Shown here piece by piece: positions 35,049 to 46,239 of a DNA stretch of 64,000 nt. The translations under genes were made by a program, and so were the position numbers. The stretch is from Vitrella brassicaformis CCMP3155 (lineage: Eukaryota > Protista > Chromerida), in contig CDMY01000387.1 of the NCBI GenBank assembly GCA_001179505.1, positions 1 to 64,000 on the forward strand, read 5' to 3'. Under the pieces are notes generated by a model. It had not been told where the DNA came from and made no database searches. It saw only the letters and a list, made by a program, of their open reading frames with translations. Position 1 is the first letter of the stretch. Each line of letters begins with the position of its first letter.

Positions 35049-38000
35049 TCACATGTCTGTCGCTCGATTGGTCTCCAGTGTGGGGTCGGTGATGACATCA
35101 CCCGCACAGTAGACAGTCGGTAGAGGCATCCCCTGAAGGAGGCAGGACGATACACTTCAGCGTGTCTCTGTTTGCTGTGTGGTCTGTCCCTCTGTCTCTC
35201 TCTCCCTACCGGCATCATGAACATGCCGCCTGCGAAAGCCTTGAAGCCCTGGCATGTATGAGTGTACCCCATACTGCTCATGGCCACCATGTACGTCCAG
35301 TCGACGCACGTAGTCATCTCCGTGGCAACGAGGAAGGCACAGTGGGCCTCAGTGATGCAGCTCTGACATGTAGGCAACGAAATCGGGGACAAAGGCAGCT
35401 CTCGTGGCACGCACGCACCCACCGTGATGTCTGTGAGCTGGTGGCACATCTGCGGCTCGTTGCTCGACGGCGGCTCACATGCATCCAGATGGTCCGACAG
35501 CTGAATGGCGTACTCCTCCTTCGCAATCAGGTGGCTCTCAGTCTCTTGTATGGCGGATTGCAGCTCGTCAAACTGCTGAACGTAAGGCTCCAGCTCCACT
35601 GCATGGGAGGGCGTGACACGTCAGCCAAGGTGTTTCATTGCCGCTGTGTCTTCCCCACCTGCACACATTTCTTCATTGGAAGGGCACTCGCAGGGGCTGC
35701 GACAAAGGGGAAGCAGAGAAACGTGAAAGCAGTGGCAGCTGGCTTCTTTCAGCATCTCACCTGCATGCAGGGCATGGGGGTGGCACAGGCTCGACTGCGA
35801 CACAGAGAAGAAGGAAGAGACACAAACAGATGCTGCCATGTGCGGTCGTGATTTGCCTAATGGAGGGGTCCATTCGAAATCGCCGATGACCTGAAGGCAA
35901 AAACAGAGGGCAAGACTCTGCATGTTCCCGCATTTGCCTACCATCCAGGAGGCCTGCTCTTTTGCCGGATGACGCATATCACTGAGACGGGAAACAAGAA
36001 AGACAGGAAAGAGCTTGACATACTAAGAAGCGAGGCTCTCGTAAGGTATTACAGCGGCGAGCATTTCTCCTCCTGGATGAAGATCTCCGCAAATGTGTCC
36101 CCCCTCTTCTGCACGCGGAGCTCTGAACCGACACACCAATGAATGCAAGGTCTCTGCCCGTTGGTTCGTCGCTTACGCCCCACGTCTCCTCCGTTGAATG
36201 TCGCAATGTTCGCGAAGAAGTGTGCATTCGGGATGGAGAAAGCGAAATCGATTCGATGGGTTTTCTCGGTCAGCTGGGTCGGCTGTCGAAGAGAAGGCAT
36301 AGCCAACATCACAGCAAAGTCATTGGCACGCTGTCTTCCATACCGTGATGCCTCCATTGATGGACACACTGACAGTTGGTGTGGTCAGGATCGACTGCAC
36401 AGGCTGAGAAAATGCGACGTAGCCAAGGACTGACAGGAACAGCCAACATAAGATCGGTAGCGTGTGCAGGCGCCTTCCTCCCTCCCCCACCTTCAGCCTC
36501 AAAGTCGGAAGGGTTCTTGGGGTCTCTGAGCTGCCTGCCTTGTGTCTCCAGCGCAACCTTGAAACCAGCAGGACTCAAGTCCTTGACCCGTTGCTTAAGA
36601 AACACGCGACCGGAGGCGTACGTCTGGACCTGCACTCGCACAGCATTTGGGGGCGATCACTTTGGTGCACGGTCACTCCGTACTTGAACGAGGAGGACGG
36701 GCGTCGACGTAAAGGTCGCCTCAGGTGGAAATGGCACCGGCACGAACTGCTTGTTGCCAGGGACCGACACCGTCCCAGCTGAAAGACACCATTCCCAGCA
36801 GATGGGGGATCGCCGGCTGTGCATGAATTGAGACCTTACCGGCGACAGTGAGGCCCTGAGGGATGGTTGTCACGAGCTTGTGCACGCCGCTCTCCACCAC
36901 CATCCAGTCGATTGGGGTGCGAAGGTGCCACTGGTCGCGACACGGCGCCGGTTCGTCAAGCCTAAGCTCGAAGGAGCCAGGTTGGACATTGCGGATGCGC
37001 ACCACCGCCTCCTGTCTGCCCCTCATGTCAGGCACTCCCCCAATCACAACCGGCATTACGAACGAGCTCTTGGTCTGAACGGGTATCCAGGCCTTCACAT
37101 CATTGTCTACACGACCCAACTCAATTGGAAGAGGGGGCCCTTCAGCTGACAGACACACAGGAGCCAGCGCATCGGATCGGTTTGTCTGTCTCTTCCCCTC
37201 TGCCACCCCAGATGTCTCACTGACCCTCGGTTTGCATGAGGGAAATGGACGTGGTGTTGTTGGTTGTGTTGGCTGGTGGGGCAGGGGCCGACTCATTCTG
37301 GTGGGTTGAGGGCAGGGGGCATCCCCCGGCCGTTAGGCTGTCCTCGAGGCCCTTGATGGTGTTGTCCAGAGTGGATATTCGCTGCGTCTGCACGACGCAA
37401 ACCAGGAAACATACACACATCTGGAGTGGCTGCCTCTGACCAGGTTTTGTGCGACAATGCCGAGATTCTGGTTGACAACCGACTACGGAACAACAAAACC
37501 GCCAAGCGAACATCTCTTTGGCGCGACTCTCAAGCTTGTCGGTGCCCACCTTCTGATTGATCAGCCCACTGCAGTTTGCCGCCGGACACGCACAAGGCGC
37601 ACACAATGGACATACCACCCGCTCGCAGCATTCATACTCGTATGACACCTTCTGCCCGGCTGAGCCTCTCTTCAGATGGAAGCTGTTTAGCCCTTCGTTG
37701 GCCTCGCACTCGAGGCGGTGCCTGTCGAGATGGAACCATGCCGCCGGGTCTGCAGAACCGCCGTCAGTCTCCATCGGGGTGTTGAGGGATCGGCAGCTGA
37801 TTGCCGTCTGCTGCTCGGGCGTGTATTGGCTCATGTTGGTACATTTGTACTCGTACCTGTGGCATGGGCCGACAGATAGATGGAGAAACCTGTCCTTGAC
37901 AGGCTTACTGATATTGTCCCGAATGTGATCTCCTCAGGTGGACACTCGTGAGGACCTGCCAGGTCCAGGGAGAGAAAGGAGGATGTCTTCCCAGCCACCG

Positions 38001-38743
38001 CATGTATGCGGTCAAGTCTCACCCCTCTTGCAGGGCATTTGACGTGGTGTCTGTCCAGATAAACGAGCCTGCCGTCTCCCTCGTCATTCTGTTCGAAGAC
38101 AGACACAGACAGACAGGCGTGGGTCCTTAAGGCCGTCCTGTGTGAAACGTCACCATGGGTGTGGCCCGTTCGATCAAATCAGCGCCGCCAACGAGGCCGC
38201 AACCTGCAGGAACAAGAACAGACCCACGATCTCTTGTATTTCCCAGCCCTCCGAGAGGGAGGGCGTTCAACATGCAGAAACATACATACATACATACATA
38301 CATACGTACACGTGTAGACGAACTGAGCCTTGGTGCCGTTTTCATGGGCCGCGCGCATCTTCCTTAGCGCACCACTGGTGCCGCAGTCAACATGGTGCCG
38401 GTCAAAGAATATTCTGCAGTACACAAGGGAAAGACAGAGCTGACATCCCTTTGCAGTGACCTATTCCATTGTCGCCTTACACGTTGTGGCATTCGTTCCA
38501 GGGTGTGGCGCGCTCCTCGCAGAAGGCTGCAGGGTCGCTTGCTGCACCAGACACACACACAGAGATTAGTGCAAAGTGGAGATTCTCGCCAGATCTACCT
38601 GTCACGTTCGCCATCGCCATCGACACATCAAGTGTGGCGGGCTCAGCCGATGACAACACATCGCGCAGAAATAGCCTTGCTGTGACAGCTGACGGCAGCA
38701 AAGCGCAGAGCGGGAGCAGCGGGAAAAACATGGCCGCCAGCAT
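35049..38743 (-). CDS. Secreted multidomain protein: 3 Cys-rich DRHxxxC repeats, coiled coil, 3 H-type-lectin-like repeats, coiled coil and Cys-rich tail
   Basis: Signal peptide MLAAMFFPLLPLCALLPSAVTA. Repeats IFFDRHHVDC, VYLDRHHVKC, FHLDRHRLEC. Beta-repeats ending GSFELRLDE...DWMVVESG, GFKVALE...VLGYVAF, FAEIFIQEE...ASWMVIG. An in-frame splice path can be built through the repeat regions. Confidence 0.65.
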
Positions 38744-38846
38744 CTCGCCGTAAATTCTGCGAGGCTGGGGGCGGGCCCCCCGCATGCGCATGCAGTCTCA
38801 CGGAAGCTTTGCACTGAAGACCCTTCTCCAAAGCTGATTCTGAGGC

Positions 38847-39708
38847 ATGCCTAGTCGAAGAGACACGATGATGCCGAGGCTCGGCAAGCTGCTGAGGATG
38901 GGCAGGGAGAACAAGAATTCGCACGAGAAGTCGCTGCCTCTGGAGGCCAACCCCGATGTGATGAGCGGCGGGAATCGTGGGGCCACAGATCGATGCCTTT
39001 CGCCGTCGCCGCCGCCAAGACGGGAGCCCACAGAGACGCTAGGCCTGCATCCAAGGAGAAGCAGCAAACGACACCCCAGTCTACAGCCCATCACTGAAGG
39101 GCGACCGCTTGCCATGGACGAGAGACTGAACGCGTCTTCGAGGGGGGAGGGTGGGGAGAGGGAGGGACAAGGGGCAGGGGTGAGGCGCAGTCATGCGCCG
39201 CGGGAGCCCGCTCCCGTACGGCAGCTGCTCAAGGCCGGATTTGACAATGAGGAGGCGTTGGAATCGAGGGCCAACGTCCACAGTCCGCAGAGGTAGGAAC
39301 AACATCGAAGAAAGAGATCTTGCCATGTTTTGCAGGTCTGGTTTCAATCCTTTTGCAGGTCGTGCCTTGTCGGGTGTGGGACTCTGTCCCTGCCGTCAAA
39401 CGGCAACGACAATCACCAGAAGTACGGTCCCGAGGCGACGAAACGACTCGCGTCTCGCACTGATGCCTGATCCTGGTTTGTTCCCTTGCAGACCGTTGAG
39501 TGATTGGATAAGAGAAACGCGGGGGGAGATCCTAAGGATAGGTGTCCGCCCGAGCCAAAATCCAGGATTCAAGCGGCTCGCTCAGAAGAATCGCGCCGCT
39601 CGAGAGCAGCAATCGTTGTCCCCTGCAGCTGCCCCCGCAGAGCAGCAGTCATCCTCTCCTGCTGCTGCTCCTGTGAGTTCCCTCGGCTCATCTGCGTCGG
39701 ACAAGTGA
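38847..39708 (+). other. Chimeric ORF or pseudogene carrying an inverted copy of the UCH gene 5' end
   Basis: 38878-38964 matches the reverse complement of 41526-41612 with about 11 mismatches in 87 nt (RLGKLLRMGRENKNSHEKSLPLEANPDVM vs RLGGLPRMSKDNKKSHKKWLPLEANPDVM), then continues as unrelated sequence. Confidence 0.7.
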
Positions 39709-40282
39709 GACACAAAGCCGAACAAAAGAGACAGACAGCACAGACGACGCCTGTCCTTGTAGGTTGATTGCCAAGCCTTCGGGATCGCTAATTAGTATGG
39801 TCACCGCTGCCATCAGCGGCTCTCTGCATTGCTTGACTTGCCCCTTCGGCTGTTGCGAGCGGCCGGTTGTCGCTGAGGGCACAGAATTCGAAGGCGAGAC
39901 AGACCACTGACCCTCAACGTACCAAACGCATCCCGTCTGGAGACTGTTGGTGAGTGACGCGATCATTGCCCCCTTTTCGCGTCTCAAGAGCGACTCTCTC
40001 CATTAATGCGAATGGCTGACATGATCGGTGTGTACCTGACTGACTTCGATGTATGCATGTGCAAGCGAGACTCCCATCGTGCTTCACGGTGGTCCATGCC
40101 CATGTGCAGCATATCAGTTTATTTCATGCCTACGCGCAGTCTGTCCATCCATTTGTCCAGTCTGTCCATCCATCCATCCGTCTACTCACTTTATCTACTG
40201 CGTCGCACTACATCCATATGTGTGTTGTGTATGTACATACACCAACTACATACTCATAGTCAGCCAGCCAGCCAGCTTTGAC

Positions 40283-41730
40283 CTACTCGACGGCCTTACA
40301 AACCGCAATCATCGAAAACCTTCACACAGACACAGACACCACATCAGAGGCAGGCACACCTAGTGCATAGCGTCAACCGTTTCGTGGCTGTGGCCTCACC
40401 GCAGTTCTCCTGGGTCTCGCGCCATGAACTGCCCGGCGACACGAACCGCATCCTGACCACACACACGAGAGGGGGAGGGGGGGCCATCCCTGGTGTGTCT
40501 GTCTGCATGATGTGTCTGCACCCATCTCACCTTGAGGAATGTTCCGGGCGACGATGGGCCGTGGTTGATGGGAAACTCCTTGCGCCCGTCCAACTCATAC
40601 AGACAGCCGTCCATCTGCAGACAGACAGAGAGAGGGACATGAACAATGCGCACATGGCGGGAGGGCTGCTGTGTCACCTCGATGAGTGCGGCGAAGTGCG
40701 TCTCGACTTGTGCATCGCGTGTGGGCACTCGCGACTGTCCCTGCTGCTCCACCTCTGTGTGGGCCTCCTCTATCTCATCGTCCTCCTCCAACGCCTGACA
40801 CCCACACACATATGGACACACACACGGATGGAAGCAGTCATCTGTCCATGTGTGTCTTGGGTCAGTCACCTCGGCTCGCTGGTCAGGGCTGAGGGGCATC
40901 GTCTTGGTCAGAAACTTGTTGAAGAAACCCTCGGCACCTACACAGGGAGGGACATCCAGTGACTGACACAGTAAGTAAATGAAGTGTCTAGTGCGTGTAT
41001 GTTGGCCTTCCCACCCACCGAGAGGCTGTTTGTCCCGTATGTTGAGCACCGTGTGGAGGATGCCGACAGTGCCACACGCATTGCCAACCGTCTGCACACG
41101 TGAACGGAAACACAGAGGAACGCCACACGATGATGGCCTAACTGTCTCGCGTGCGTCACTGGTTGGACCAACCTGACCTGTTTGGTGAAGTAGACCTTGG
41201 GTGAGACGGTCTGCCCGTTGGCCTTGACGCGAGCAGCCTCCTCCTCGCGATGCTTCTCAGTCTGATGGGACACGAGTACCCACACACACAGTGCAGTGTA
41301 GTCGTGCCTTGTGTGGGCTGGTTACAGTGTCTTTGATAGGGAACAGCAGAATCAACCCATACACAGGCTTCGGCACCTGCACACACGCCACCATGGCCCG
41401 ACACACACATGCACCTCCTCTTGGTGTGATTCCCTTCCCTCTGACCATGTCGAGGGCCCAGTCCTCAGTGGTAAGGACGTCCACGCACTGCACGGGCGGG
41501 CCGCCCAGCTTCATTATGTACTCGGTCATCACATCCGGGTTGGCCTCCAGAGGCAGCCACTTCTTGTGCGACTTCTTGTTGTCCTTGCTCATCCTCGGTA
41601 GCCCGCCGAGCCGCCCTTTCCAGCCGAGTGCAGCAGGAAGACGCAGATCTGTCGGGCGGTGGAGAGCCCCACTGCTGAGGATGCAGACCGCAACGAAAGC
41701 CAAGCAGCACGATGACAGGGCAATAGGCAT
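40283..41730 (-). CDS. UCHL3: Ubiquitin C-terminal hydrolase, peptidase C12 (UCH-L3/YUH1-like), with possible 46-aa N-terminal targeting extension
   Basis: WLPLEANPDVM, VPKPVYGLILLFP, YFTKQTVGNACGTVGILH (catalytic Cys), THFAAL (His), LYELDGRK (Asp), RFSMIAV. The core ATG is at 41592 and an in-frame upstream ATG at 41730. Confidence 0.93.
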
Positions 41731-41823
41731 GCAACGAAGGTGTCCAGTGCGAGGAAGCCGATTTGCAGATCTGCTGCGAGCTTAGAAGCCGAAAGGGAGA
41801 AGGGAAGGGAAAAGGAGGAAGAG

Positions 41824-44102
41824 ATGTGGCCACCGGCAGAGGGCGTGTTTGGCGCAAGCTCTCCTCGAGTATCTGAGGTGGTCATCTGGCTGTGCTATCT
41901 TCTGTTTCTGCTGCCGGTGCTGTATCTCATCTACACCATTCTCTTTCTGCATCCGTCGAGCCGCCGGAAATGGAAGAAGGTGGGCGAGCTGCTGTCGCAC
42001 CCCGACGAGACGACGGCCCTGCTGCGGTACTTCATCCGCAAGAAGCGGCAGCTGCCTACCAACCTGACCGAGGAGGAGCAGTACTGCTTCTTCATGCTCA
42101 CCAGAGTCAGCCGCAGCTTCGCCTCCGTCATCATCGAACTGCATGACGAACTCAGAACCGCGGTAAGTGCCATACATGGCGGAAGCTATAACAGCAGATG
42201 CGGTGAGGACAGACATGCGTGTGTCCGTGTGTGGTGTCAGATATGCGTATTCTACCTGACCCTGAGAGCACTCGACTCCATTGGTAAGGCGCGAGAGAGT
42301 CAGATCAGATCAGATCTGCAGCCAGCCGTGGCTCTATTCTATCTACCTGTTTGCATTGCACTGGATGGGTGGATATCATATGTGTGTGCTTGTGTTTGTG
42401 TTAGAGGACGACATGACGATAGACCTGGAGGTCAAGCTGGCTGAGCTGCGGCAGTTCTCTCAGAACATCCAGATCAGGGGATGGAACAGCAGAAAAGGAT
42501 GTAAGCAAAGCAAGCTGACAAACCATGACGCCACGCCCATCCATTCACACACTCGCCTGGCCTGCCTCTCGTGTCTGTTCGTCCGGTCCGCGGCAGACGG
42601 TGCGGCGAATGTCTATGAGCAGGAGCTCCTCGAGAATTTTGATCGCGTCATCGCTGTCTACTACAGACTCAGCCCGCAGTAAGCCAGCACGCACAAGACA
42701 GCATCAGAGTGCACAGGCGAGACGGACCGACGCCGACCGCTGGACGAGTATGTGTCGTGTAGGTATCAGAGTGTGATAAAGGAGATCGCTACCCAGATGG
42801 CGGAGGGCATGGCGATATACCAGACCAAGGAGGTGGCCACCCTCAAGGACTACGACAGCTACTGCTACTACGTCGCGGGGCTCGTGGGCGTCGGGCTCAC
42901 ACGGTAGGTGTGCACACCAGCGCCCAGTCAGTCCATATATCGCATCACGACAGACATCTCAGTCGGCAAGTGGCTGTGGTTGTGTGGTTGTGTGTTGGTG
43001 TCTGTCGGCATCACATCAGGTTGTTTTACCACTCTGCTCTGATGGGTGACAGCATGTCCAACATCGACGACCTGGCCATCTCCATGGGCCTCTTCCTGCA
43101 GAAGACCAACATCATCAGGGAGTAAGCCACACAGACAACACAACCAGGGACGATGCATGAATGAACGAACAGATCGGCTCACGAATGAATGCGTGTGTAT
43201 GTGTGTGTGCAGTTACTTGGAGGACACAGTGCAGCAGCCGCCTCGTTGCTTCTACCCCAAGGAGGTGTGGAGCAAGTACGTCAAGCACCTCGGCGACCTG
43301 CAATACCCACAATACCACAACGAGGTCCGTCACGCACTTCCAATCGGTGGCTGGCGACGGCTCGATGTATTGATTGTCTGTCCATTCAGGCGTTGAGTTG
43401 TTTGAATGACATGGTGACGGACGCCCTCCGGCACGTACCAGACTGCCTACAGTAAGCCACACACGCACACACAGACGCTCGAGTACCTACGGTCGATTGC
43501 TGCGGTGTGCAGGTACATGTCGTTGGTTGACGAGGAGAGCTGCTTTCGGTTCTGTGCGATACCCCAAGTCATGGCCGTCGCAACACTAGAGAGGTGGGTA
43601 TCTGAAACGACTAGCCACACTACACTCACTGGCCGGCTGGCACCTTGGTGTTGCACATCACATAGGTGTTACAACAACCACGATGTGTTCACGGGCGTCG
43701 TCAAAATCCGCAAAGGGGAAGCCGCCAAGGTGACTGCACTGCACGGCCCCACATGATAGCGTGTCAATGGCCTGTCTCTCTCTTATGCTATGCGTCCATC
43801 AGCTGATCCTTCAGTCGTGCAGTTTTGAGAGCGTGGTGCGGATCTTCGAGGAGTACCTGCACACCATCGCCTCCAAAATACCAAAGAAGGCACACAGCGG
43901 AAACCAGTAAGACCAATCACACTTGACACACACACCCCTGCCAGCATTGCATTCACGACATGCCTGCCTGTCTGTTTGCCTGTCTGTGTGACTGTGTTGT
44001 AGGACGCGAGGGCGTGTTGCCGACGCGCTGCAGTCTGTGCGGCTATGGAAGAAGCAAATCAACACGCGCAGGATGCAGCAGGGAGCCAAGAAGGGCGACT
44101 GA
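41824..44102 (+). CDS. FDFT1: Squalene synthase (farnesyl-diphosphate farnesyltransferase), multi-exon
   Basis: [78 protein letters not shown]. Confidence 0.96.
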
Positions 44103-46239
44103 CTGAATGCTGGACGGTCAGCTGCCCCTCCATGCTTCGCCGCGGGGGAGACAGTTTTGGAGAGGGCTGTGGATGGATGAGGTGCGTTTGGTGGGCTGGT
44201 TCTCTGTCTCTCTCTCTCTGTCTGTCCGACTGTACGCCTGTCTGTCTGTCTGTCTGTCTGAGTACCCGGCTAGCTGCTTTGCCATTTGCTGTTTTGTGTT
44301 TTGCCGGTTGGTTGTTTCTTTTGCCTGGGGGGGTGGTCGGGTCGGCTTAGTTGATGGCTGGTGGGCTGGCTGTTTGCGGGTGCGTGTACATACATACCGG
44401 TGAGAGGCGTCGAGATTGACAGTTTTTCCGACGCGAGACGCTGCTGCTCACGTGGTGACTCGACTGCTATCTTACGTACGTACGTCTGTAATTGTGTCTG
44501 CATGGCTTCGTCACTCACTCTCTCATTCGCCACCTAGGTATGTAGCTCAGTTTTGTATCCCTCGCTCCCCCTCTCTGCCTCGCTTGACTGACTGACTGAC
44601 TGACTAAGCTGCCAGGACACGGCACAGACACAGGCATATGATGTACATGCCCGCCTCCCCCCCACTCACCCGGCAGGCCATCTGCGTCCATTATTCGTGT
44701 GAGCCGTATGCGTCAGTGAGAGAGCGCTTCCTTCCTTCGGTCATCCCATCCATCCCATTGGTAGCTAGGTTCTCGTGCTGTTCGGCCGGCAGACGCAGGT
44801 GTGTCAGCGTACAAGAGAAGAGAGAGGGCCGTTTTGTAAGCTACCCTACCCTGACCCCTGACGTGTCGTGTCTTGAATTCGTGCGTATATGAGAGTGTGG
44901 GGTGGACGGGCGTGATGATTCTTTCATTTCGTTTGGCTCGTGTCTGCAACCTACCTGTTGAGTTGAGCGAGCGACAATGCAATGGACAATGAGCGCCGAC
45001 GGCCAGGCCCCAAATGGCGGCCTTTTGGTCCGCGTGATAGCTACATCTCTTGGTTTGTTTTTTGCCCTTTGTTCGTTCGTTTCCTGAATGACTGACTGAC
45101 GGGCACAGACTGCCGTCAGGTGAGTGAATGACCCATGGCATGGATGGGACTCTGTATGTTCTGTGCTGCCATCCTGTGTGCTGTGATGCGATTTTTTCGC
45201 CCACTTTGCTTTCTTGATGAGTGCACACAATGGATGGGAGAGGAAGGAAGAGAGATGGTGGAAGCGGCAGGGCAGGCCTCTGTGATCGAGGGGAAGAGTA
45301 TAAGAGAGAAGAAAGAAAGATGGAGAGAGACAGCGGCTGGTCAGCTGCGGCGAGTGAGGCATGCATGGCATGGATGGATGGCCCTGCCTGCCTGCCTGGT
45401 TTAGATGCACGTATGTGTGTATGCATGTGAGGATGGATGTACGTGTGTCGTTGCTTGAGCTTTCGTACCGCATTTGTATTGTGTCCTTCCTTCCTTCCTT
45501 CCTTCCTTCCCCTTAATCACTTGCCTTGCTCACTCTCTTGCCCCTCCCTCCCTCGCTGACTATCTTGTCTCACTGACTGAGGTGTCTATCAGTCAGTCAG
45601 TCCCACCCTCTATCTATATTTATGTGAGTGCATGGTATGCATGGTGCCTGAATGCGTGTTCGTGGGTGGCATCTAGTGAGTGTCGTGCCTGGGTGCATGG
45701 CACGGCACGGCATGGCATGGAATTGGGGCGATCTTTGTCAGTCAATGTACATAACCCATCTGTCTGTCTGGCTGGCTGAATGTGCTGCCTGCGCTGTGAG
45801 ACCTGACCCCAATTCCTGACTTCTCACTCACTGGCTCGCTCGGTTGCTGCATGTGTGTCTGTGAGTGTGTGCCGTGCCGTGTCACTTTCTCATGTTTGTG
45901 GTGCAGGTCAGCGCCCCCCCTTGTGCGCGACGCTGGTACTCACTCCACTTCCTCTTTCCATGGCGGACTCGATTTGACTATTTCCATCTATCCAGAATCC
46001 AACCACTAGTACTAGACACGTGTCCGTCCGTCCACATGAACCATCCCCCATCGATCTGGTCAGTCATTTACAAGAAACGTGGATGGAGCAGAAAGCCAAA
46101 CACACACCCATTAAATAAACACATGCATCTATCCCATCTATCGTATCGCCCCCATCGATCCACTTGATGACTACTTCGCATGGCATGCAGCCCTACTCCG
46201 CCCAGCCCATCAATCTTTCAATCCGTCCGTGTGTCTTAT
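44103..46239. repeat. Microsatellite-rich non-coding tract between convergent SQS and ECT genes
   Basis: (TGTC)n, (CTTC)n, (ACTG)n and (GATG)n runs; no recognisable protein domain. Confidence 0.6.

Noticed and set aside
39120-39240. Weak similarity to the purine-rich segment near 50150-50250 (reverse strand)
   Set aside because: Short low-complexity G/A-rich match; chance similarity cannot be excluded by eye.
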